From NCBI GenBank assembly GCA_963695895.1, contig CAVOIK010000022.1, forward strand, positions 6,485 to 70,484: a DNA stretch of 64,000 nt, in the 5' to 3' direction. The stretch is from an uncultured delta proteobacterium. Lineage in GTDB: Bacteria > Desulfobacterota > BSN033 > UBA1163. The position numbers were made by a program, and so were the translations under genes. This document shows positions 1 through 9,931 of this stretch, piece by piece. The notes beneath the pieces were generated by a model that had not been told where the DNA came from, did not search any database, and saw only the letters and a program-made list of their open reading frames with translations. How positions within the stretch are numbered: position 1 is the first letter of the stretch; every line of letters starts with the position of its first letter.

Positions 1-348
1 GGTCAGGTCTATTTTCTTTAACAGAGGCCCAAAATCATTTTTGTCGGATAATTCTGTTTGATCGATGTAAAGTGCATCCCAAGATGATCTGCCACCACCC
101 TCTGGCTGTAATCGAACCCTTCCACCGCCTCAACGATCCTCTTATCCCTTCTCCTCTTGTCTCCGATAACCTCCCCTTCGAGAAGTTTCCCAAGGATAGG
201 CCCGTTCATATATGGTTGACTCTTGGGTATCTCAGGGATCTCCTTCTTGCCTCTTAGATGATCCTCAATGCTCTCAATAAAATCCTCTTCTCCAAGGATG
301 CTCCGGGCTCTTACTTTATTCAATTGTCAAGAAAATAGACCTGACCCC
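1..348 (-). mobile_element. TIR-bounded non-autonomous element, copy A1 (left terminus touches window edge)
   Basis: GGTCAGGTCTATTTTCTT at 1-18 is the exact reverse complement of 329-346. The interior holds only a transposase 3' remnant. Confidence 0.6.
18..323 (-). pseudogene. C-terminal remnant of a Y1 (IS200/IS605-like, RayT-type) transposase with DnaA_C-like HTH tail
   Basis: The 101-aa ORF contains ...RDKRIVEAVEGFDYSQRVVADHLGMHFTSI, which resembles the HTH tail of this transposase class. The catalytic N-terminal part is absent. The stop codon abuts the terminal repeat. Confidence 0.5.
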
Positions 349-357
349 AACTGTTTG

Positions 358-813
358 TTGCTGACGACGACGGAAATACGTCACTCGCCCCCTTCGACAA
401 GGATTTGGGGGGTCTATCTGCCTGACGCTCTTGGCCGGAAGTATCCGAACGCCCCGAAGGACTGGGGCTGGCAGTATGTTTTCCCCTCTTCGAAGCTCTC
501 CGTGGATCCCAGACAACATCTGTAAGGCCAAATTCCTTACTTTCACAGAAAGAGGGAAGGGGGGATTCCCGAAGAGTTTCCTCTCACCCTATCAATAGCT
601 CTTGGATCCTTCGAAGCCAAGGCTTCTTGACCTGGACCTTCAGATATGCTCCCGATTGGCCTCCGCCTTTTCCTTCTTCACCCATACCCTTCAACCGCAG
701 ATGCTGTCCGTCTCTGATTCCAGGAGGTACGGTAACGAATAATTCTCTGGCTTTTCGCCGATGAACGTATCTGATTTTTCCTCCTTGCATGGCTTGCAAG
801 GGTGTCAAGGTAA
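358..813. repeat. Direct repeat, left copy: integrase C-terminal fragment plus antisense 3' end of dnaJ-like gene
   Basis: Aligns by eye along its whole length with 16573-17033, with scattered substitutions. It starts at TTGCTGACGACGACG and ends at CAAGGGTGTCAAGGTAA. Confidence 0.85.
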
Positions 814-904
814 ATGTGATGACTTCCGACAAAAGGGGTGGATAACGAGTTAAGCTGGCAGGAGCTATCACCCGTCCGCCGCAACGATTTGCTGGCTTGT
901 TCAT
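584..904 (-). pseudogene. Chimeric ORF carrying a duplicated C-terminal ~75 codons of the dnaJ-like gene
   Basis: The tail [52 protein letters not shown]... is nearly identical to the C-terminus of ORF 16800-17615. The N-terminal 30 aa are unrelated and there is no J domain. Confidence 0.7.
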
Positions 905-1128
905 AAGAGCTTATCGAGCTCTTCAACTGTTAATTTCGCTTGTTTCAAAATGTGGGCAAGCGTGGAACGTTTGAGCGGGCGGTGAGTAGGGATACTTAGT
1001 TTCAGAGTTTCTGCAGGAGTGTGTTTTTGAAGCCGAACATGGCTTCCTTTTTGTCTTACTACAACCCATCCATCCCGTTGAAGTGCTCTTATCACTTGAT
1101 CATAATGCAGGCTGGGAACTTTTGTCAT
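901..1128 (-). CDS. hicA: HicA-family mRNA-interferase toxin
   Basis: 75 aa with ...VIRALQRDGWVVVRQKGSHVRLQKH... and ...TLAHILKQAKL, typical of HicA/YcfA. It overlaps upstream hicB by 4 nt. Confidence 0.85.
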   Translation of the reverse strand: MTKVPSLHYDQVIRALQRDGWVVVRQKGSHVRLQKHTPAETLKLSIPTHRPLKRSTLAHILKQAKLTVEELDKLL

Positions 1129-1328
1129 ACTGCCAACTCGACCGTTTCAGCATTTGGGGCAAAAACCTGGTCATCTTCAACAGGCTCAAGGTAAAGTTCA
1201 ATCGCTTCTCGAATGTTCTTCAGCGCCTCCTCCTTTGTGTCCCCTTCGCTGATGCAACCCGGCAAGCAAGGAACGATGGCTGTGTAACCGCCTTCTTCGC
1301 TTGGTTCCAAGATAATTCTAAGTTTCAT
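1125..1328 (-). CDS. hicB: HicB-family antitoxin (UPF0150-type)
   Basis: 67 aa, MKLRIILEPSEEGGYTAIVPCLPGCISEGDTKEEALKNIREAIELYLE, the classic HicB N-domain. It is translationally coupled to hicA. Confidence 0.85.
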   Translation of the reverse strand: MKLRIILEPSEEGGYTAIVPCLPGCISEGDTKEEALKNIREAIELYLEPVEDDQVFAPNAETVELAV

Positions 1329-1461
1329 AGTCTCACCTCTACATTTAAATATACATTTTTTCTTGAATTTTCGGAAGTGTAAGGTTCAGGAAGAAGTCAC
1401 CACGACACTTGGCAACGTCTGTATGGTCAAATCGTGATTTTCGTAGAAAAGTAAGAGGGAA

Positions 1462-1610
1462 GGGAAATCCCGACCCTCTTCTCTCAAGCAAGAGTTCCTT
1501 GATCCTTCGAAGCCAAGGCTTCTTGACCTGGACTTTCAGATATAGGTCCCCCGATTGGCCTCCGCCTTTTCCTTCTTCGCCCATGCGTCTTAACCTCAGA
1601 TGCTGCCCAT
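1462..1610. repeat. Third, short copy of the dnaJ-like 3' end segment
   Basis: Aligns with about 16775-16935 and 560-715. The ORF fragment reads [33 protein letters not shown]. Confidence 0.75.
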
Positions 1611-1620
1611 CTCTAGGATA

Positions 1621-1957
1621 GGGTCTATTTTCTTAACAGAGGCCCAAAATCATTTTTGCCGCATAATTCTGCTGATCGATGAAAAGTGCATCCCAAGATA
1701 ATCTGCCACCTCCCTCTGGCTGTAACCGAACCCTTCCACCGCCTCAACGATCCTCTTATCCCTTCTCCTCTTGTCTCCGATAACCTCCTCTTCGAGAAGT
1801 TTCCCAAGGATAGGCCCGTTCATATATGGTTGACTCTTGGGTATCTCAGGGATCTCCTTCTTGCCTCTTAGATGATCCTCAATCCTCTCAATAATACCCT
1901 CTTCTCAAAGGATGCTCTGGACTTTTCCTTTATTCAAATGTCAAGAAAATAGACCCC
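1621..1957 (-). mobile_element. TIR-bounded non-autonomous element, copy A2
   Basis: Termini are GGGTCTATTTTCTT (1621-1634) and AAGAAAATAGACCCC (1943-1957). The interior is homologous to A1 but frame-broken. Confidence 0.6.
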
Positions 1958-2127
1958 AACTTTTGAGGGTAACAGAGTACCAAAACGTACGGAAAATTGC
2001 CACTATGCAAAATAGGTGAAAAGGATCATTCGATTCATCCAGGCCAGACAAAGCTAGAGTATAGGAATAATTACGTAGGGTTACTTTCCTTTTATGTCGT
2101 CTGAATATCCATTGGCATATATGTTGC

Positions 2128-4104
2128 TTGTATATCGGTCGCTCTCTTATGGAAAATAACAAGAAAACCATACTTCTCCTCAGATGGACGGTCATTATCG
2201 TCACCTCTTACCTCATTCTTTTCGGAAAAGGCAGGGTTACGAACCTTGATCTTGGACATATTCTCATTTTCGCCTATATGCTTTCCAACTTTTCCTCTAC
2301 TCTTTCTCCCAAGAGGCTGGTTTTCTAACCCTAAATTCTTCTATTCTCTGGTTGCTCATCGACACCGGTGTTGTTTCGTTCGGAATGTACCTTTCGGAGA
2401 GGGTAACGACCGATTTCTATCTCGTCTTTTTCCTCATCATTATCTTCGCCTCCATGAGCCGAAACTACAAACTCTTAATGGCCATTTCCGGATTCACGGC
2501 TCTTATTTACGGGGTCCTCCTCTATTCCTGGGGGTTATTGAATTCCGAGTATCGCACTCAGTTATATCCTCCGGATTCCTTTCATCTTCATCATGGCTGC
2601 ATTCTATGGATATATTGTCCAGACCTTCACCAAAGAAAGACAGCAGCAACTTGCCCTCTCCGAAGATAAGTACCGAGGGCTCTTTGAGAACGCCAATGAC
2701 GGGATCATCATTTTGAGAAACCCCGAGCTTCTCATTGCGGATCTGAATAAGGAAGTCGAAGAGCTGACCGGATACAAGAAGAGTGGATCTCTTCCAGAAA
2801 AAAATGCTTGACCTGTTTCCCCCTAGTCGAGAAAGAGATGGCTTCCCACTATTTTGAGAAGGTAATCGAGCAAGGGGAAGGAAGGACAGATTCACTCTCC
2901 CTGATGAGAGAGAATGGAACTTCGTTTGAAGTCGATCTATCGACCAAGAGAATCGACCTGGGAGAGGACACCTTTTATCAGATGATCTTTCGTGACCTCA
3001 GTGAGCAGAGGAAACTGGAAAAGAAGATCAGAGAAAGCAAAAGAAATCTTGAAGCCATCTTCGACGGTATTCGAGACCAGGTATCGATACGGGCTCCCGA
3101 TTATCGAATTCTACGCGTGAATAGAGCAGTCATAGAAAAATACCACACGACATTTCAGGAATTGATTGGCAAGAAATGTTATGAAGCTTATTATCAAAGG
3201 GATCTTCCATGTGAAAAGTGCCCGGTGACGGTCACCATCGAGACCAAGCAACCTGCCTCTATAGTCCAGAAAAATCCAGCGATCGATAGCACCCTGCATA
3301 TCTTCTCTTACCCAATTTTGGATGAAAAAGGGGATCTTTTATCTGTGATCGAGTATTCCCGTGATGTCACCGAAGAACAGCGACTTCAAGAACAGCTCAT
3401 CCAATCGGAAAAGTTGGCGGGAATAGGGATATTGGCCTCCGGCGTGGCCCATGAGATCAACAATCCTTTGAGCGGGATTCTGGGAATGGCAGAAATCGCA
3501 CTGGAGGAGGAAGATTGCTCAAAGATCAGAGGTTACTTGACGGATATTCTCAACTGCGCTCAGAGGATCAGCGAAATCGTTAACGGACTGCGGCTCTACT
3601 CTCGGGCCTCAAGAGACGGAAAACAGACCCTTGTTGATCTCAATGAGGTTCTGGAGGAATCTCTGAAAATGGTTCGTCTGGCCACCAAGACCAGGCCGGC
3701 TGAGGTGATTAAGAAATTTCAACCTCTCGACAAAATGGAGGCCAACTTGGGTGAGATTCAGCAGGTATTCACCAATTTAATCACAAATGCCTTTCAGGCA
3801 ATGAATGGGAAGACCGGGAGAGCTGATTCTGGCCACTCGTTCGCTCGGAGATGCGGTCGAGGTGAAAGTAAGCGACAATGGCATAGGGATCCCTCCTGAA
3901 TATCTAAACAAGATTTTTGACCCGTTCTTCACCACTAAGAATCCGGGGGAGGGAACTGGCCTGGGTCTGAATATCGTCTACCGCATTGTTACCAAGTATG
4001 AGGGAAGGATTGACGTCGAAAGCAAGAAAGATATCGGTACAACCTTCACCATTAAGTTTCCACTAAGGAGAAAAGGAGATGAACAAGAAAGTGTTGGTCG
4101 TTGA
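2128..4104 (+). pseudogene. Membrane-anchored PAS-PAS sensor histidine kinase, at least five frame disruptions
   Basis: The reading frame hops 1>0>1>x>0>1 near 2285, 2560, 2775, 2828 and 3812. Pieces encode TM helices, PAS regions, the H-box [10 protein letters not shown] and the HATPase motifs DNGIGIP...GTGLGL. Confidence 0.8.
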
Positions 4105-4453
4105 CGATGAGGAGATAATCAGGACGGTGCTGAGAACCCATCTGGCTAAATGGGGATATAGGGTAACAGAAGCGTCGGACGGGGAACAAGCAATCAAGCA
4201 AATGTCGAAAGATAATTTCGACCTCATCATCTGCGATATCTTAATGCCCAAGAAGAATGGATGGCAGGTGATACAAGAAGTTAAAGCGAATCCCAAGACA
4301 AAAGATATTCCCGTAATCCTTCTGACCGCCAAAAACGAAGATCCGGATATGTTCAAAGGATATGACCTGGGTGCCGATTATTATATGACGAAGCCCTTCA
4401 CCAAAGCTCAACTTCGCTATGGGATTGAATTGATGTTGGGGAAGAATTCATGA
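4079..4453 (+). CDS. CheY-like single-domain response regulator
   Basis: KVLVVDDEE...DLIICDILMPKKNGW...TAK...KPF are canonical receiver motifs. Confidence 0.9.
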   Translation: MNKKVLVVDDEEIIRTVLRTHLAKWGYRVTEASDGEQAIKQMSKDNFDLIICDILMPKKNGWQVIQEVKANPKTKDIPVILLTAKNEDPDMFKGYDLGADYYMTKPFTKAQLRYGIELMLGKNS

Positions 4454-4684
4454 CTGTGATCTCAAACTCATGTGTTGGTACATAACCCGATGAAGAATGC
4501 AAACCTTTCCGATTATAGACTTCTTCGACGAAATAAAGGAGTCTCTGAAGAAAAAACGCCGTTGGGTGTAAGAACAAGATCTTCTCTCTCTGTCCAGGGG
4601 TGTAAAACCCTGCCAAGCGCGGTAACACATTTCGTCCAATTATTGAGGTGCAGCGCTTGCTGTAAATTTTGACGAGGAGAAAGA

Positions 4685-5728
4685 GTGCCAACAATCCTTT
4701 TAGCCGACGACGACCCAGTTATTATTAAATATCTAAGCACTCTTCTGGCAAGACATGACTATCAGTATCTCACCGCAAGAAATGGAGCAGAGGCCATCGA
4801 AAGGGCAAAAAGCAACAGACCTGACCTTATCTTGCTTGATGTCATGATGCCTGAAATGGATGGTCTGGAGGTCTGTAAGAAGTTGAGGAGTGATTCATCC
4901 ACCCAGCACATACCAATCATTGTCATTACGGGGTCTATGGACAGGGAGCTGAAAGTTAAAGGACTTTCCGCAGGTGCAAACGATTTTCTTACAAAGCCGC
5001 TCGACAGATCGGAGTTGATGGTAAGGGTTAAGAACTTGCTGAGATTAAAAGAATTCGAGGATTTTCTAAGGAACTATAACGAACTCCTCAAAGGAGAAGT
5101 GAAGGAAAAGACATGGCAGATTCGAGAGGGATATGTTGATACAATCCTTAGGCTTACAATGGTGGCAGAATACAAGGATGAAGAAACAGCAGCTCATATC
5201 CGTAGAGTTGGCCATTACTGTCATCTGATGGCTAAACATCTTGGGTGGTCAGAGGAAGAGCAGGAGACAATTTTATACGCTAGCCCTATGCATGACATAG
5301 GCAAGGTAGGTATCCCATTAGAAATCCTGCTGAAGAGTACAAAACTCACTACGGAGGAATTTGCGTTGGTGAAAACCCATACGCTTATCGGAGCCGATAT
5401 CCTCCACGGCTCCCAATCAAAGTATCTCCGAATGGCTGAAACTATTTCGCTGACTCACCATGAAAGGTGGAATGGTACTGGATACCCAAAAGGGCTTAAA
5501 GAGGAAGAAATCCCTATGGCAGGAAGAATCATGAATATTGTTGACCAGTACGATGCCCTTAGAGGGAGAAGACCCTACAAGTCCCCTTTAGATCACGAGG
5601 GTACAGTGAGGATAATCGTGGAGGGCGATGAGAGGACATCTCCTGAACACTTCGACCCAAATCTAAGCAAGGCTTTCAGTGAGCTTGCGCCGGCCTTCAA
5701 AAACATATTTGAATCACTCCAAAAATGA
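4685..5728 (+). CDS. Response regulator with HD-GYP domain (c-di-GMP phosphodiesterase type)
   Basis: The receiver carries LLADDD...LLDVMMPEMDG. It is followed by HDIGKVGIP and HHERWNGTGYPKGL, the HD and GYP signatures. Confidence 0.9.
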   Translation: MPTILLADDDPVIIKYLSTLLARHDYQYLTARNGAEAIERAKSNRPDLILLDVMMPEMDGLEVCKKLRSDSSTQHIPIIVITGSMDRELKVKGLSAGANDFLTKPLDRSELMVRVKNLLRLKEFEDFLRNYNELLKGEVKEKTWQIREGYVDTILRLTMVAEYKDEETAAHIRRVGHYCHLMAKHLGWSEEEQETILYASPMHDIGKVGIPLEILLKSTKLTTEEFALVKTHTLIGADILHGSQSKYLRMAETISLTHHERWNGTGYPKGLKEEEIPMAGRIMNIVDQYDALRGRRPYKSPLDHEGTVRIIVEGDERTSPEHFDPNLSKAFSELAPAFKNIFESLQK

Positions 5729-6174
5729 GAATCCTATTTGCTGAACAGAGAGTGAAATTTGAGGGGTTGGACTTGTGAAGGGTTGACCTATCTGGCAAAA
5801 CACTTGACAAAGTGGACATTGAGCCCAACTAGGCGTTGGCAGTTACAAAAGCGTGATCCAAGGTAAATCTATTTCTATAACGAGGTTGGAGATATTTACA
5901 GATCATATTAATTAATGCAGGCATTCCGCAGGATACGAAAGTATATCAGGTCCGTCATCTTACAATTAAGAGAACGAAGAACCTATTGCAACCCTATCAA
6001 CCACTTTAACTCTAACTGCGCAATCCAATGATACAGTCCAAATCGGTATAAGGATGTCACCGAGGGAGGGAAAACAAATTTCGGTCCAATCCCCTTGCTT
6101 ATTGCGATCCGTTCTTCAATTGTGGCCAACAACCCTTGAGATCTAAACCCTACCTTTTCTATTTAACTTTCAAC

Positions 6175-6758
6175 TCAAGTCCAAAACTTCCCCTTGCATT
6201 CTGGACATATATTATGGCTAAATTCAGTATCTGAATGTTCCGAGATATACTTTTCCAGCCGTTCCCAGCTTTCTTTGTCTGTGCGGATCTTATGACAGTG
6301 CATACAAATAGGCAATATTCCCTGGAAGTTTTGATCTGAGCCATCGCATCCTGAAGTTCCTTGATCCGTTCAAAGAGAGTTGCCTCCAGTTTTACAACCC
6401 TTTCTCCCACTCGACGCGGGCACGAAGTTCTTCACGGTCAAACGGTTTCCGGATATAATCGTTTGCACCAGCCTCAAGGCCTGCAATGACATCTGCCTTA
6501 TCCCTTCTCACGGTTAAAAGAATAATGTAAATGGGGGGAAGAGATTCTAATTCCCGTAGTTTGCGGCAGAGTTTATCGCCACTTATCCCCGGCATGACCC
6601 AATCAAGAATCGCTAGTCGTGGCGCATACTTCCTGCTGAAGCACTTGCCACGCTTCGTCACCGTTGGAGGTCTCAACGACCTCATATCCCCACTTGATCA
6701 ATATTGCTTTCAGTATCATGCGGGATGTGGCATCGTCCTCGGCAATCAGTACCTTCAT
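6175..6758 (-). pseudogene. Response regulator with Cys-rich C-terminal domain, three frameshifts
   Basis: MKVLIAEDDATSRMIL... continues as ...LAILDWVMPGISG...DYIRKPF, then ...LPICMHCHKIRTDKESWERLEKYISEHSDTEFSHNICPECKGKFWT when the frame is switched near 6625, 6400 and 6325. A GGAGGAG RBS precedes the ATG at 6758. Confidence 0.75.
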
Positions 6759-7561
6759 GCTCTCCTCCTCTGCTCGTCGGCAAGCATCTGCTCAAATCTG
6801 TTGAATTCTGTCTTGATGCGGTCGAGCATCTCGAGAGCTTGACTCAAATCTTGTCTCTCGCTATCCCTTTCCAGATGATGGGCAACTTCTTCTAATCCTG
6901 TAGCACCAACAATTCGCTGATGCACCCTTCAGGGTATGCGCTTGACGTTGAACGATGGATGCATCACCTCGATTTAATGGCATCCTCAAGTATGCGGATT
7001 TGTTTAGGCACGTCCTGAAGGAATACGGTCGATGATCTCATCATAAATCTTGCTGTCGCCTCCCAAGCGTTCCAGCAACGCATCAGGGTTGAAGCCCCTT
7101 GCCTGTTCGGAAGACTTTTGCTCGGTTTCCTTCTTAGGCGGAGTCCATCGAACGATAACCTCTTCCAATTCACCAGGATCGATAGGTTTAGATACATAAT
7201 CGTTCATACCCGCGAATTGAGGCACCTTTCCCGGTCACCCTTCATGGCATGGGCGGTCATGGCGATGATGGGGATGTGGCGATTCATTTGCCCTGTCCCC
7301 AGACTCCTAATTTGTCTTGTAGTCTTCGAAGGCTCCCATTTCGGGCATTTGAACATCCATCAGCACGAGATCATAGGGGACGGATTCTAAGGCCTTAATG
7401 ACTTCCATGCCGTTTTCCACCGCTCGTGCACGATAGCCAAACTTCTCTGAGTATCTTCAAGGCCACTTTTTGATTATGGGATTGTCTTCTGCTAATAAAA
7501 TACGAATCCTCCGCTTCGATCTCAAAGGCGGAAGGGGTCTTTTTGTATCCTTATCCTCCAT
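6755..7561 (-). pseudogene. Receiver + Hpt remnant of a hybrid sensor kinase (kinase core missing, several frameshifts)
   Basis: Fragments read RILLAEDNPI..., ...MNDYVSKPIDPGELEEVI..., FNPDALLERLGGD..., HTLKGASAN and ...LEEVAHHLE in different frames. The stop overlaps the next ATG (ATGA). Confidence 0.65.
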
Positions 7562-7623
7562 ATGTTTGTCTCCGGCACCTTAGCGAGATGACAATCAAGG
7601 ATAACAAAAATCCGTCCTGAAGA

Positions 7624-8040
7624 GGGTCAGGTCTATTTTCTTGGCAACTTGTAACTATTCATGTTGTTTGAGTGATCCTCCAGATCGATCTAAAATCGAT
7701 TTAAGGTGACACGCTAGCTCCTCTTGGCAGCCCTGGTTGTACATGGGCCTCAAATCCCTCTGTCGCCTCAGCGATCATCTTATTCATTCTTGTGTCTGAA
7801 TTAATCCTTTTGTTCCTGGCAACAGGATCACATCTTCAGAAGTCATGAATTTGTCCGATGTTTTCGGTGCCTCCGCGTGTTCGAGCACCTCCTGGTTTAC
7901 AGAATACATCTCTCTGATTTCTATGTCACGACTGTCTATTTCCGGTTGAAATCTGGTATGGCAATTCGAAGCATCAACTTGATGACTTCAGGAAGTAACT
8001 CCGGAAGCACTTTACAGTGTCCGTAATGTCAAGTTCTGAC
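7624..8040 (-). mobile_element. Solo terminus GGGTCAGGTCTATTTTCTT plus degenerate transposase-tail remnant
   Basis: The terminus lies at 7624-7642. The minus-strand translation nearby gives ...NKMIAEATEGFEAH..., a decayed match to the A1 tail. The right boundary is uncertain. Confidence 0.35.
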
Positions 8041-8127
8041 ATTAACGCCTCCTTTTAGAGCAACAGGATCCCCCGATCTATTTCCATGTAATTTTATTCT
8101 TTCTCTAATAACCCGAAGGGCAGAGTT

Positions 8128-8221
8128 CCACGGGCTTTGCCCGTGGGTGAATGGGAACTCGCCCATAGGGCGTCAAGCATAGCTTGTGTTTTGGAACGAG
8201 TGCCACGGGCTCTGCCCGTGG
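8128..8221. repeat. Two copies of hairpin CCACGGGC(T/C)(T/C)TGCCCGTGG
   Basis: 8128-8146 and 8203-8221. Each has an 8-bp stem and a 3-nt loop, in an intergenic position. Confidence 0.7.
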
Positions 8222-8312
8222 GTATCTACAGATGGGCCACTCAATTGCCTTCACTTGCCCAAAAGGGTCGATCCCGTGCTATTTTTTCGAGAAAAGATTT
8301 CTAAGAATCTTG

Positions 8313-9134
8313 TCATGAGTCCTTTTGTTGATCTAATCTGTTGGAATCTGTACTAAGACTCGTAACGAGTAATGTTAAGCCAGCTAAGTTAATCTGATCT
8401 ATGTTCAGTAGGGCTGAGTAGATAATCCCATTTTTTCTTTTTAGCTCGACTTTGTAGTTGCGTACCTTACCTGATTCCTGAAGAGCCTCAATTACCTGTT
8501 TCCTCTCCTTTTCATTTCTGTAATTCACTGCAACACCAGCCGATTTTAGCTCTTCGAGGGAATAGCCCGTTATATCAACCATTACTGAATTTACAAGGAA
8601 CACGTTACCGTCCAGATCGGCCACCCCTACCCCAAAGGGGGCATTCTCAGTAAGAAAATGGTATTTATCATTGAACAAAAGAAAGGCGGTTTCTAAGGCC
8701 TCTTGTCGCGACACCTCAATTCCAAGAACACTAATTTCAGTCAGCGCACCATCGGGACCGGTCTTAGGATGAATCGTATATTTCATCAATCTCCGATCAC
8801 ACCGGGTGACAAACTGAACAGGATCTCCTGAGGAAATGACCTCGGTGAGGGGATCTATTATCGAGCTCACAAATTCGCGAACATGAGCCTTGCCTTCGTT
8901 GGACATGCATTCTGAATGCGGCTGCTCAGCTTCCGTTGAGTTATGAGGTCTGACCCATTTAAGCAGGAGGACTCTGATCATGTCACAAAGCTGTTCATGA
9001 CATTTGCTGAATTCCCCTTCGCTTAAATTGCCTCTGGTCTCGACAGAGCTTGGATGCTCGGAAAGAAATCTTTCGAATCCTGGGAAGCGCTTCCTAATCG
9101 CGACCCCTTTATTCGAGGGGGGCTCCTTTTTCAT
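8313..9134 (-). CDS. PAS-domain protein, no output domain recognised
   Basis: The C-terminal ~110 aa (FLTENAPFGVGVADLDGNVFLVNSVMVDITGYSLEEL...ELKRKNGIIYSALL) look like PAS. The N-terminal half is unassigned. Confidence 0.55.
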   Translation of the reverse strand: MKKEPPSNKGVAIRKRFPGFERFLSEHPSSVETRGNLSEGEFSKCHEQLCDMIRVLLLKWVRPHNSTEAEQPHSECMSNEGKAHVREFVSSIIDPLTEVISSGDPVQFVTRCDRRLMKYTIHPKTGPDGALTEISVLGIEVSRQEALETAFLLFNDKYHFLTENAPFGVGVADLDGNVFLVNSVMVDITGYSLEELKSAGVAVNYRNEKERKQVIEALQESGKVRNYKVELKRKNGIIYSALLNIDQINLAGLTLLVTSLSTDSNRLDQQKDS

Positions 9135-9313
9135 TTTTTATCCTTCACCGGGAAGATCCGAGCGGAATGCTTCTGGAAATACAAGTATCATCGCAACCTC
9201 ATAGAGCCATGTCGTTCCCATTATTCTAAAAACATTTTAAGCGATGTTTGGCACAACCTTGTCACCATATAATGTTTTCCCAATCTTCTCATGTGACTGT
9301 TCTTCCAGACAGA

Positions 9314-9679
9314 TTAAGAGAAGATCTGGGAGGCAATCCTATCAATTTCAAATACATCGAGAGGTTTTTTAAGATAACTGACTGCCCCTAAAGATTTGGC
9401 CTCCTCCTCTGTTTTTTCTTGGGTGGTACCGGTAATGATGACAACGCTCACATTTTTCTGTTGCTCATGAATCATCTTCAGGATCTCGATACCGTCAAGG
9501 CCAGGCATCTTGATATCCAAGAACACCAATTTGGGAGGATCGTTTTCAAGAATTTCGAGAGCCTGGAAACCGTTCTCTGCCTTAATTAAATCGTATCGGT
9601 CCCCCAGGAGAACCTCGAATGAGTCTAAGATTCCTTCATCATCATCCACTACCAAAATCCGATTGGATAATGAGCTCAT
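9314..9679 (-). CDS. CheY-like single-domain response regulator
   Basis: ILVVDDDEG...LVFLDIKMPGLDG...ITG...LKKPL. Confidence 0.9.
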   Translation of the reverse strand: MSSLSNRILVVDDDEGILDSFEVLLGDRYDLIKAENGFQALEILENDPPKLVFLDIKMPGLDGIEILKMIHEQQKNVSVVIITGTTQEKTEEEAKSLGAVSYLKKPLDVFEIDRIASQIFS

Positions 9680-9931
9680 AACCCTCCTGTAGGTGATGAA
9701 ACCCGGTCAGATTTCGGATGTAGGCTCAAACCAGACCGCATTAAGTGTTGGTTCCCTTCATGTCCATTAAGGTAGTGCTACATTTCCCACATAATGAGCA
9801 AAGAAAATGCCAAGGAGACTCTAAATCCCAGCAATGATTCTATCGGCTGTAATTTCAAATGGTTATCAATTTACTCAAAGGGAAGAATACTACGGGAGCG
9901 GAGGTCGGGTTGCCCATTCCAATAGGCAATC

